Shown here piece after piece: positions 1 to 11,218 of a stretch of DNA of 64,000 bases. Each line of letters starts with the position of its first letter. The first letter of the stretch is position 1. Both the position numbers and the translations under genes were made by a program. Source of the DNA: Convolutriloba macropyga (lineage: Eukaryota); NCBI RefSeq assembly GCF_964194025.1, contig NC_134472.1, forward strand, positions 59,892,001 through 59,956,000. The letters run 5' to 3'. Under the pieces are notes generated by a model. The model had not been told where the DNA came from. It saw only the letters and a program-made list of their open reading frames with translations, and made no database searches.

Positions 1-3000
1 AATGACAGTCCAAATCTAACCCAAAATTTTTAGTGCTCTATTAAAGGACTTGTGGTCAATCTGTCTATCTTTTTTTTTGTCTTTTCAATTGTATGGAAGG
101 CCACAATCGTCACTTGCGGCTAATTTCCAGCAATCTGTCTGCTATTTTTCGAAATTTTCATCTGTTTAACTTTTCCTTACTTTCAATCATAGAACCTAAA
201 AAAGGATTGATGACAGCTTATGTAGTGGGTTAGGTTCTAAATGTTCTAAACAAAATACGGAAATTAAAAACGCAAAAAGCACAGAAGTTGATAACTTAGA
301 AAATTAAAAATATAAAGATATATGTTATTTTTCGTAAGGTGACTCAAGTTTTTTCTTCCAAGTGTAAGAGCTGATGGGATGCTTCGGCCTAAAATTATTT
401 GAAAATAAAGTTCAGTTTTCCAAATTGGCAACTGGAATTTTCTATCAATTTCCCAAAGTGATGAGTAGAACACAAATATTGAAAATTTTATCTGTTGATC
501 CTTTGAGGTCCTTTCTGTTCCGTTAAGGTCTACCAATTTGCAAACATAACAGCCGTTGGAGCTGTTTTTGACACCTCCATCCCAAAGAGAAAAGAAATAA
601 ACATTGAAATTAAGAAAAAAATTATAAATTCTTTTTGCATGTGGTTAAATTTTTTTGATGTAAATATGTATGTAACAAGAAGGCTCGGTAACGTGCGTTC
701 TCAGTTCTCACATAATGTTCTGGAATCGCTCTTCCACATTTTTGGCCTAAATGTCTACCAAATGAGGAACAGACAGACAACTTTTTTCAAAGATTCAGTT
801 TTGTTCAAAAACAATTGGGGAAAAATAAAAAGAAACCGCTTCAAAAAAATAACTTAGTAAAGGGAACAATGTCACAATCGAGTGCCAACAAAACCTGCTT
901 TTTTCAAGCCTACAAGACAAGACAAAACAAAAAAAAACAAAATCAAATTATAGCAACAATTAATATTTACATCCAAAACTCAATGTCTATTACTTTGGAG
1001 AGAAAAATACTTAATAACAACAAAATAGAGAAAATAGAGTTAAAAAGAATGAAAACTAAAAAAAAAGTTTTTACTCCATCTGAAAAAACATTGGACCAGT
1101 CAATGTTCATAGGCTAAATTGTAAGACATTAAAAAGAAAAAAAATTTTTTTGCTAAAAAATGAGATTAAAGATTTATAAACATTTGTTTATTCGATGATA
1201 GCAATCATTATCGGCTATACAATTTTAAATCCAAAGGAAAGTTTGCCTGTGTGACAAAATTTTCAGTGTTTTTGAGAATGTTTCTGGTTTTTTGAGTGTT
1301 TCGAGAGAAAGTTGTTGTTTAAATTAGTAGGATACAACTATCACTTTCTCTTAGAATGATTTCTTTAAGGAAGTTGTGTAATATTGGCCAAACAAAGCAA
1401 ACTTCTTCAACGTTATACAGATTATTATTATCTAGCAACGCGCCAATTTAAGATTTAGTTGCATTCGCTCGTTTATTGGAAGTCTGTTGTTAAGTGTACA
1501 AACATTGCAAATCCAAAAATAGAGTGCGTTGATTTAAGCTATTGAACAATAACTATAATCTACTGCTCAATGTTTTATTTTTATTTTTTTTACAATAAAC
1601 CATTTTCACCTATAATGTTTCGACGTCAGTGAGGTATTTGAGTACTTGGCAATCTGATAAATTATCCTTAACAATTATTTGTTTGTCTCTTAATATTTTT
1701 TCTATACACTTTTTGCTAAGAAATTTTGCTAATTTTTTAATTGAAGTGTATTTTTATGCAAATTTACACGTATCCTAGTAAGGAAGATCGGATATATCGC
1801 TGATCAGCGAAAGAAAAGGTTGAATATCATAAAATAACAGCGAAAGTTACGTTTATTTAGGAAAATTGCACAAACATATTCTGACAATTCTGTCAAATTT
1901 GCCGTTTCGGTAGTTAAGTTTTTTTAACAAAACACTGTGTTTTTATTAGTATACTAACACAAAACAGGCGATGCTGGTTGCCAAAATGTCGTGATTGTCA
2001 AATTCACGTTAGTTTTTTGTCAGTTTGTTCGGATATTTAGTCAAACTTGATAACTATTACCCTTTTTTTGCCAAATTTTTGCGAAAAACATTGGTAAAAT
2101 GTGACAAGTCTTTTATGGAAAAGGGTGTTTTTGGATAAAACAGGGCAAAATTGGAATATTTTGGGTCAATTTTAACATTTTTTTTCACAATTCTGGGCCA
2201 ATTTGTCAAAAATTTGGGTCAAACCTAGCAATTTGTGGTCCAAACTGTTTCGATTATGGGTTAAATAGCATAAATTGGGGCTGAACTTTACTAAACTCAG
2301 TCAGTTATGGGTTATCTGTAGGTGAATTTTGGTCTAAGAACACAAAATTTTCAAAAAGTGTGGATCAAACTTGAAATATTATGTCATAAATGGATAATTA
2401 TAGGGCCAAAGGGTCTAAAATTGGGTTATTATAGGTAAAATGCGATAAAAATGAAATTTTTAAGGCTAAATACGATGAAATTGACAACCATAGAGAAAAT
2501 TTGGACTTATTTTAGTCAAATCAAGCTAAATGTGGGTCCAAATTTACAAAATAGGGGACCAAATGTGGGACCAGTTCAGTTATAAGGACAAAACTGGGAT
2601 GAATTTATGTGGCACTATTTTAACACCAAAAGTCGCCATAATATTTGAAAATTATAAGAAAAACTTGAAATTTTTATATTTATTCTGGATAATCTCAGAA
2701 AAAAAGAATGTACATTTGGCTGATGTTTGCAAGAATTCCCACTAATCCCTGTAACTTAAGCAAACAGTAGACAAAATCTGGATGGAAAACTTTTAGAACA
2801 CAAACCTGCAAAATTTCAGGAATTCATGGGATAAATTTAGGCTTTATAGTAATTATTGGGACGTTTGGTCAACAATACAACGCTATTCGTAGCTATCAGA
2901 GTGTGGTATTAATTTTTAGAGACACCAATAGGTACACTATACAAGTATTACGTAGGAATAATGTTAAACTAGACTCCTTTGCATGTGGGTCAGTTTGCAG

Positions 3001-4669
3001 TTGCAGAACTAAGGGATTCGAAGATGATAAGATGACTAAATTAGCTGATAAATTAAAATTTAAGAGGTTTAAGACACGCTAAAAAAGTTGAGAACAACAA
3101 TAGAGAGTCAAATTTTTGAATATGAGTGTATGGTTTCGCATATAGGACTAAACGGATAGTAAAGTACGTTATGTTGACAGCATTGAAGATTTGATTAAAT
3201 TGAACACAATTATTTGTTCTTAAAGTAAGAAAAATGCTGTCGGTCGTGTCTTATTGTTTAGGAGGGAGAGAGGAGGTACAAAGACGCTTTTTTGATACAG
3301 AATGAGTTGCTTACACGTGCACTTAAAAAACCGTACCAAAGTTCCAAAAATTGGGTCAGAGAACCAAAGAACCGTTGGGCGAATTTACTAACGAGTAGAC
3401 TGTTTTTTTAGGGAGAACCCGTCTCCAATGTTTGGGCGAAATTGGAAAGTTCAGAGTCTTAGAACATCTTGCACAGGCTTTGGGATAAGGGGTATGTGTA
3501 AACTCTGTTTATAGAACCTGTGTGATAGCGGGGTAAAGAGCCTGCGTTACCTTTGGTTTTTGTATGGAAAACTAGCCACAAAAAAATCAAAAAGTCCACC
3601 AGCTCCTTAATTTTTGGTGCCTAATCGACGCTCTTTTTTCCTCGTCGCACCAGTTTTAAAATACTGATGTGGTGGAGATCTAATTTGCTTGATCTCAATT
3701 GAACCACACTAGTTCAGGCTACCTTCATTATGTATAAGAGTACGTATATTCGCTCACAATGTATTATTCTAATTGCCAAACCTACGTGTGATGTTCTAAG
3801 AATAAATTGAATAAGTAAAAAGAATTTTTATGAACCAGATTGAAATGATAGAGCACGAAATGGGGTATTTGCTAGGTTGAAAATATGCTGAGCAGTCTAA
3901 TCTTAATCAAGTAATTCATTCCATCTTACTTCTGGATGTGGATATTATTCCAAGTTTTTGGTTGTTAGAAATTCGGCACACTAAAAATTGCTGCAAAGCA
4001 TTCCCGCTCAGCGGAGTAGAAGAGTATTTGATCTTAGAACAGAGAGGGATAGAAAAACTGAAGTGCAAAGCAAACGTCTTAAATTGCGCTGGTTGTGTCG
4101 AAGAAATGACTTGCTTCAGTAGCAAGGTCTAGGCTCGTACGTGTTTAAACTTCAGTCAACACGACTACTAATCACGAAGTTTATGACTTGCTCCGAACTA
4201 TTTCGAAGGTCATTCGTGGAGCTGATTAGTTTTCCGCTTTTTGTCATACTTTTGTTTCAGACTTGCTGCTGTGAAGAGCGTACTGGATAGCTTCAATATC
4301 CTTCAGTTACTACGCATAATAATAGCAGCAGCGAATCAACCGCCAAAGCAGAAGCAATATTTTATAAAGAAAAAACCAGCAAATTTGGCTATGAATGATA
4401 CATTCTTTTGCTCCACACAATTTCAACATTGTAACTGGCTTTTATGTTCTAGTCAGTTTGGACTAAGTCTAAAGTGCTCACAAAGTTGACGAGTTATATT
4501 TCTAAAGATTCTGTACTATCGTTAATTGTGGCGGTAATTATCCAATTAGCAATACTACAACTGGCACTGTCCTGGTTGTTTGGAATAGGATTATTGCTTT
4601 TAGACACTAAATGGCAGATTTTTTGAGTGGCGAGAGTCAAAAGAAGTTGAAGTTGTTGTTGTAAAGGGG

Positions 4670-5096
4670 TGTGGTACATCAATCAATTATGTGCTAAACC
4701 TTCACCTGCTATTAACCTTCACCTATCAGATATGATATAATCATGTCTTCTTTACTTCACAGAATGAAACTTTACCTCCTTCTGAAAGGATTTTGTTCAA
4801 TTTTTTCACATCGCCCACTTTCCCCACTTTCACTTAATTTCATTCTCATAACAATAGTCGAATTAAATTGTTCCTCTAACCCTTTAGTTTCGAGTCTAAA
4901 GTAATTGACAAGTGGAAACTCAACAGTTTTCCAATCTAGATTCTAAAAGTGTAATCGCATTAGATTCCCATCTCTAATAAGATAATCATATAATTCAAGC
5001 CTTAACTTCGAATAAGGATTTGTACCGAGAATCCACCTCACTTAATTCAGAAAACTTTAGAAATTCAATTGCTGACCTATCTACCAAGATATCACA
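4670..5096 (+). repeat. 5' LTR of Gypsy-type element
   Basis: TGTGGTACATCAATC...GATATCACA, directly repeated (diverged) at 9075-9483. Followed by PBS TGGCGGAGTCAGC. Confidence 0.88.
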
Positions 5097-6300
5097 TGGC
5101 GGAGTCAGCACCTATAGAATGCGCTCTACTCGGAATTGAACTTTTTTGGGAACAACCCAACTTGGAACCTCCACTACGATGGTAGAGATGAAGAATTATT
5201 CTAAAAGTGGCAATTTTAGCTAACGAACGAATCTCGATAGATATCCTACGCGAGGTACCTCACTAAAAGGTAACACCACCCCCCACTACATCCCGATCTA
5301 TGAGGAAGACGTCCACAAAAGCACTAATCAAAGTCAAGGTGTTAGTAGAATCAGAAGCGAACAATTAAAGAATTTATAGTTCAGCAAATGTCAAAGGACT
5401 GAGGCTACGGGAATTCTATGTGGTCACAGACCTTTTGGTACTCTGTGACAGCAAAGCCGTCGCCCTTACTTGTCTCATCTTAGGCACGGAAGGAAGATTT
5501 TTGGTTAAAAAGGACCTAAGGTTCAGATAGACCAAATAACAACAAAAGGCTTGTGGGACATCCCAACGTCTTTTTAAAACAAAAAAAAATAATTTTGGAC
5601 CGTTGCATTTTTCTGACGAGAAAACAACTCCAAATTGTGACCCTGGCAGCCATGAAGAATTGATTATTCGAGATGCATTTTTTGCAAATATGCTAGATGG
5701 AGAAATCCAACGCAAACTCCTGAAAGAAACACGAAAACTGAAAAATTGCTAGAGCTAACATTCAATGTAGAGATGGCTATACAAAAACACCTTGAAATTT
5801 CCGGAACTCCTGCATACGCAGTATCAATCCCAATCACCAATCCCTCAATTAACAACAATCAAAATCCTGGAACATTCCCAGGACAAATACAGACAACTTT
5901 AAACCATCTCTCTGCCCAAACTTCGGTTACACGTGGTCTGCTTTTCATCGTCAATACTGCCCACCACGAGTCAATAGTGAACACCACGAGGAAAAAACTG
6001 TTTTATATCTAATCATTTTGCAAAGGTTCGCTGTATACGGAAGAACTCTATAAAATCAAAACCCAGAGTAAATAACCTAGAAAATATAACGTCTCAAGCT
6101 GCCACAATTGTGACATCTTCGACAGTACACCAGCAAGTTAACCAAATAGACAATTTGCAAAATAGGCATAATCTTTGCGTATCTAACTAGGACTCTGACT
6201 ACAATGAACTCGAAGACAATTCCGTAGCAGTCTTCACAAACAACAGAATCTAAGACAAGTAGAACCAGTCAATGCGCAAGTACATTTGGGCAACAAGTAC
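5096..6300 (+). pseudogene. gag: gag remnant of Gypsy-type element
   Basis: MAESAPIECALLGIELFWEQPNLEPPLRW* is homologous to the gag start at 53170 (-). RDAFFANMLDGEIQRKLLKET motif; many stops and frameshifts. Confidence 0.75.
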
Positions 6301-8420
6301 CCTTCGACTTTAACATTGAACTCATACCAGGTGGCAAAAGGGGAGAGGTAGATTACATTTTCCGCCAACCAAATCAAAAAGGGAAAGTTACAAACAAATA
6401 TGATGAGGAATTATTGGTTGCAACAGAGACCTGCATTCTTGACACGATTGCAGCAATTTATTTTTATTCAGCACCGCCAATCTCTCAATCACATCACATT
6501 AAAGCAATAAATGCTGCACATTCCACATGTGCCACTAATACTCAGCAAATAAACCATTCCATATTCCTTTTTACCTTAAACTCTAGTACACTTAATTGAT
6601 TCAAACTCGATTTGCAAACATAGTAGAATTCTACTCCTCTAACCCAATAGAAATGAGTAACCCAATGGCATCACTACAAACTCCCTCCACAAATCCAGTA
6701 CGAGTAACATTCCATTCTACTCCCAATTCAGAAGAAGTACAACCCGATCGTTCAATGAAGGACCAACAAGCCCAATTTAGAACTGTCGAAAAAATAGGTT
6801 TTCGAAAACAATTTAACATAACTCTTCACTAAAAGATTCCTAGCAGCACTTATCAATAGGGACGCCGACCTCCAAAATGTTCGAGACTCTATATTACAGA
6901 ACGACAAACAGAGATATAAGGATGTTAATCCTAATATGCACTCATACTGGCGCGATCTCCACGTCTGGTTGGGGTGTGTTTTTGTGGACGAACCAGGAGC
7001 AATTTCCAGTTCAATTCAAGACCCGGTACTGGAAAGACTCCAGCGTACCCACCCCGGGATGTGGCGCATGATCTCGCCCGCAGACTACGCATTTTTGGCC
7101 CTTCATGTCCAATCCTCAGAAAATTGGCAAAGTCCAAACCTTGTACCGATGTAGGTAAGAACCTCAAACCAGTTTTTCCTGCATCAAAGTGGAAACCTCA
7201 CAAAAATTGTTCTGAACAAAATGAAGAAAACCAGATTGATTTTGGCGGACCAATTGCAAATGAAAAACATCCAGGCCTTGCATGTATCGACCTCTTCTTA
7301 AAAAACCCAACAGTAGATTTAATTGATAAAACAAATGAACTCAACGTAGTAAAGTTGTTAGATGAATATATTCACAGCCTTTGGGTTCCACATATTATTC
7401 GTTTAGATCAAGCAATATTTCTAATGATTAGTAGAACGATTGCTTCAAATTATCATAAACGCTTATGTTGTATGAAATTAGCAAGTACAAATAACAGAAT
7501 TACAAAAAAAGAATCAATAAAGTCGATAGTTTAACAATTAAACATATGTAATCATAAGGCAACAAATGTAACACCTTACTAAGCACATTTTGGCAGAAAA
7601 CCGAACACCCACTTTGAAATATAAGTAGGTTTCCAAATTCAACAAATTTGACATAGGAACAATTACTGAATCACTATCTAGACGCTGACACTGTCCCAAT
7701 TGAAGATGATTTGGACAATAACGCATGGAATTCGGGTGAGCGAAGTAATCTCCTGATTGATGAAACAATGAACAAAACCGAAACTGATGATGGTTGACGA
7801 TACAACGGCGACTAAAACAAATCAATGTCACGATTCACCTTTCCCCCGAAACTGACGAGCCCCATTCCTTGACCCAAAAGTCATTAGAACTTCAGCTAGC
7901 CCAGAAGGTGACAACACGGTCGAAGAAGGACTTTCGCGTACTTTGGGACACCCTTGAACCAGGAAGCACAGTTCTTCGTACTTCTCTCACTACGACTGTA
8001 ATCCAAGGGCCTTGAGTTCCGAAAGTTCGTGTTTGCAAAATTGACATTGGCGATATCGGTACCAAAGACGAACGTAATACACCTCTTTGGAAATACGCAC
8101 AGCGTCGACCTCTTCCGTAAGAGAAAACTACCGAAGAGAAAATTGCGCAACATTCCAAGGAATTGAAAAGGAAATATCAAGGGGGTATAAAAAAGTCAGA
8201 CATCGACATAATGACAATCCTTCTGGCGTTTCCTCAACAAATAGTAACTTCTCTAAATCTATGACAGCACGTATGCCGACAAAACAACAACCAGTTAACA
8301 GTCGAGGGAGAGTTACTACAACTCCCAATGCATCTACTGCTACTTCAACCTAAACGCCATCGACATCAACAAGTAAACGAAACAGACGGGCACCAGTCTA
8401 TTATGGCTTCAAACATTCGG
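6301..8420 (+). pseudogene. pol: pol remnant: RNase H C-terminus plus integrase
   Basis: PFDFNIELIPGGKRGEVDYIFR (RNase H end). HPGMW...KPC zinc-finger remnant, QIDFGGP...CID...IRLDQA and LVERL (DDE core), TPY*AHFGRKP. Confidence 0.85.
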
Positions 8421-9074
8421 TTTGCTGCGTAATTGAATCAGAAAAAGAGCATGTACTGAAAATCTTGTGATTGCGACAATTATACAGGAAGAATCTACTC
8501 AACCACCACCAGAAGAGTTGAACTGCAAACTTCCGGTAGGCAGCCCCTACCGACCCACGAATCTGACTTTCAACTTCATCACCACCATAATATGACTCTG
8601 TGAGAAAAAAGTGAGATCAGCATCTGCGGAGAATCAAATTTAATGTCTTTTTGTAACAAACAATTCTTGTAAAACTAAAAACTGATATTCCACAAACATT
8701 TTCAATCTCAAATAATTTATCATTTCTGATGATCCAGTTTATTTCATTTGTCATGTCTTCAATTTGTCAATCTTTCATGACCCCTTTTCAGTTATTTTTT
8801 GCTAAACAATTTAGTCGCTTTGGTTATGTGCTACTTTTATCATATTTCTTTAAATACTACGGGAACTCACTACTAATGCATACTCATTGGTTTCTGTTCT
8901 CCCTTAAAGTTTCCCATGTTTTAGTGTTATTTTCAACAATGCAATACTTAACCAATAATTAAATATGACAACCAGCAAATATTTTTCTTAATATATATCA
9001 TTTAGCTAAATTGTGTAAATAATCTTATTTTTCTCTCAACTCTCTTGCTCTCAATTTTGTCAAGGCGAGGTATA

Positions 9075-9483
9075 TGCGGTACATTAATCAATTATGTACT
9101 AAACCTTATTAACCTTGACCTATCAGATATTATTTATTCATGACTTCCTTTATGGCACTTAAAAAAATAGTTGGAAGGAGTTTGTCCAGTTTGTTCACAT
9201 CGCCCACTTTCATCACTTTCACTTATTTTTTTTCTTATCATAACAATAATCAAATTCAGTTGTTCTTCTAACTCTCTAGTTTTTAGTCCGAAGTAATTGA
9301 AAATTGGAAACAATTTTCCAAGCAAGATTCTCAAAGTGGAATCGCGTCAGATTTCCATCTTTAGTTGGATAACCCGAAAATTCAAGCCTTAAGTTCGAAT
9401 AGGGATTTGTACCACGAATCCACCTCACTTAGTTCAGACAGCATTAGCAAGACAATTGCTATCCTATCTACTGAAATGTCACA
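9075..9483 (+). repeat. 3' LTR of Gypsy-type element
   Basis: TGCGGTACATTAATC...ATGTCACA, preceded by purine-rich AAGGCGAGG (PPT-like). Confidence 0.88.
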
Positions 9484-10339
9484 AGGTTTTTAAAGTGATT
9501 AAATCAATGTTCGAGGGTGACTTTAGTGAAAACAACCCAATTCAATTTGAACTGTAGTTCAATTTGCGATTTTAAACTCTTTTACGAGATTAAATATTGC
9601 CCACTTAGTTTATTGAAGTTAACACAATTTTCATGCGCATGAACTACGCTCGTGTTGTTTTTTAATTACATAAACTTTTATAAGGTACTATCAAATTTAC
9701 GTTTTAAATTCTTCAGCCAAAATGTTGAGGAGATTTCTCGTGATATCTAAAGACAGATAGCAAGTATAATTACAAATCCCGTCCCGTTGGAGAGCAAAAT
9801 TTGCTTAGGGTCAGACGGCTGGTAATTAAGCGGATGGAACATTTTAAAGACAATATCAAGTTCTCGCCCAACGAGAGCCATGACCAACTGATAAAAATGA
9901 GTGGAGTCTTAACACTTTGCGTTAACTCACATTACCCAGCCTCCATGTTAGCTTCAAATATTTTTGTCCCAAAGATTGTCTCTACCCCCTCATTATTTTT
10001 TTTCAATGCTATTTTGAGGAATATATTGAAACCGCAAATGAAAAATCACGATTTATACTCTCGATTGCTCGATTCACGATAGCTTTTTTGCTAAACTTGA
10101 TTGTAAAAAAAATATCCGAACACGTCATTTGTTATTCGTTAGTTATAATTTAACAATCTCAAAATAAATACTACTTGGCGTGCAATCATTTATAACCATC
10201 AAAATATAATGCTGTCTGTACAATAATTGAAGTTCGTGTTTTGATGTGACCGTCTTTTACCGTAGTCAGTTTTAGTCGAAAGCGGACTAGGAATGAAGCA
10301 TCCCGCAGTTGGGGCTTTGACCTTCAGTAATTATCAGAA

Positions 10340-10386
10340 TCAGACTGATGAAGTAACATTCGACGGTCCATCTTCATTGTTGTCAT
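10340..10386 (-). CDS. Gene A exon 7 (terminal coding exon)
   Basis: Acceptor TATTTCAG|, reads (D)DNNEDGPSNVTSSV*. Phase 1 matches exon 6. Confidence 0.72.
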
Positions 10387-10742
10387 CTGAAATATGAGTT
10401 TAAGCCTCAATCAAGTTGAAATATAAAATAAACTACTGATTAAAAATTAATTCAGTCTCTTGTTTGAAAGTTAAGATGAGGAGAATATTGCTGTCGCGAC
10501 AAAAAAAATCTCATGTCTCCTCCTGCAGTTCATCAAATCTTTTTAAATGGAGAAAATGAACTATGAATTAGTTTTGGATAAAGTTTCTGAGAGGATTAGT
10601 TTTACGCTTCTCACAAATCCCGGATGTAAATTCATGGGCGACACGTAAGATGTGTTATAAAATCAATGATATCAGAATTATCTTCCTATCTGAAATTGAG
10701 GGAAATTGTTCGATTACAATAAAATGGGTTTGAACAACTAAC

Positions 10743-11218
10743 CTCTTGTGGTTTGCTGATTGTCTTCAATGTCATTTTCGTCTCTTCCGGTCCTTGTAGT
10801 AGACGAGTCAGGCGGCGTAAGTTCGACTCTGAGTTTGGACCGCTTGTTTTTGCATCGTGAAAATTCCATCATTTCCACTTCATCCTCTGCTGTTCTTTCG
10901 GCAGGTCGAACAGAAGTCATGGCATCGTAGTCAATGTCGCAGTACTGATGTGATGTCGTCCCAGAATCACTCCGATCCAAAACATGATACATCGGCTGAT
11001 CATCGTTAAACCCAGCAATGCTTACAGTCCCAGCTCTATGGGTTATTGGCCTTATTGTCCTCTTGTTCTCGCGGGTTGAATTGTGCGCTGCTCTCTCGTT
11101 GCCTAGGTTCTGGTTCTCAGCAGTGGGGTACGGGATGAAGAGAGGGTGTGGGTAGTGGACCAGTGCGTCAGGATTCGCAACCTGGTGGTCCTGTCTGCGG
11201 ATGTTACGCTTTTTCGAT
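10743..11218 (-). CDS. Gene A exon 6 (cytoplasmic tail)
   Basis: Acceptor CTTTTTAAG|, 476 nt open, GC-richer than flanks. Begins with basic stop-transfer SKKRNIRR and contains PMYHVL...QYCDIDYDAM. Donor G|GTTAGT. Phase 2 to 1. Confidence 0.85.

Larger units (their letters stand above)
4670..9483 (+). mobile_element. Degenerate Gypsy/Ty3-type LTR retrotransposon with internal deletion of protease/RT
   Basis: Two ~410-430-bp LTRs (TG..CA), PBS, and frameshifted gag, RNase H end and integrase. TSD is degenerate (agggg/aggtt). Confidence 0.9.

Noticed and set aside
1900-2860. Diffuse AAATTTGGGTC-like periodicity
   Set aside because: Probably a decayed satellite or MITE interior; no unit or boundaries could be defined.
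3916-4669. GC-richer segment with short ORFs and a TTTGTTTCAG acceptor-like site
   Set aside because: No consistent exon chain, stops in the hydrophobic frames, and no similarity to genes A/B that I can support.
7415-7790. Apparent foreign insert inside the Gypsy integrase
   Set aside because: Frameshift-aware reading gives LVERL...TPY*AHFGRKP...YLDADTVP, i.e. continuous integrase after a small deletion.
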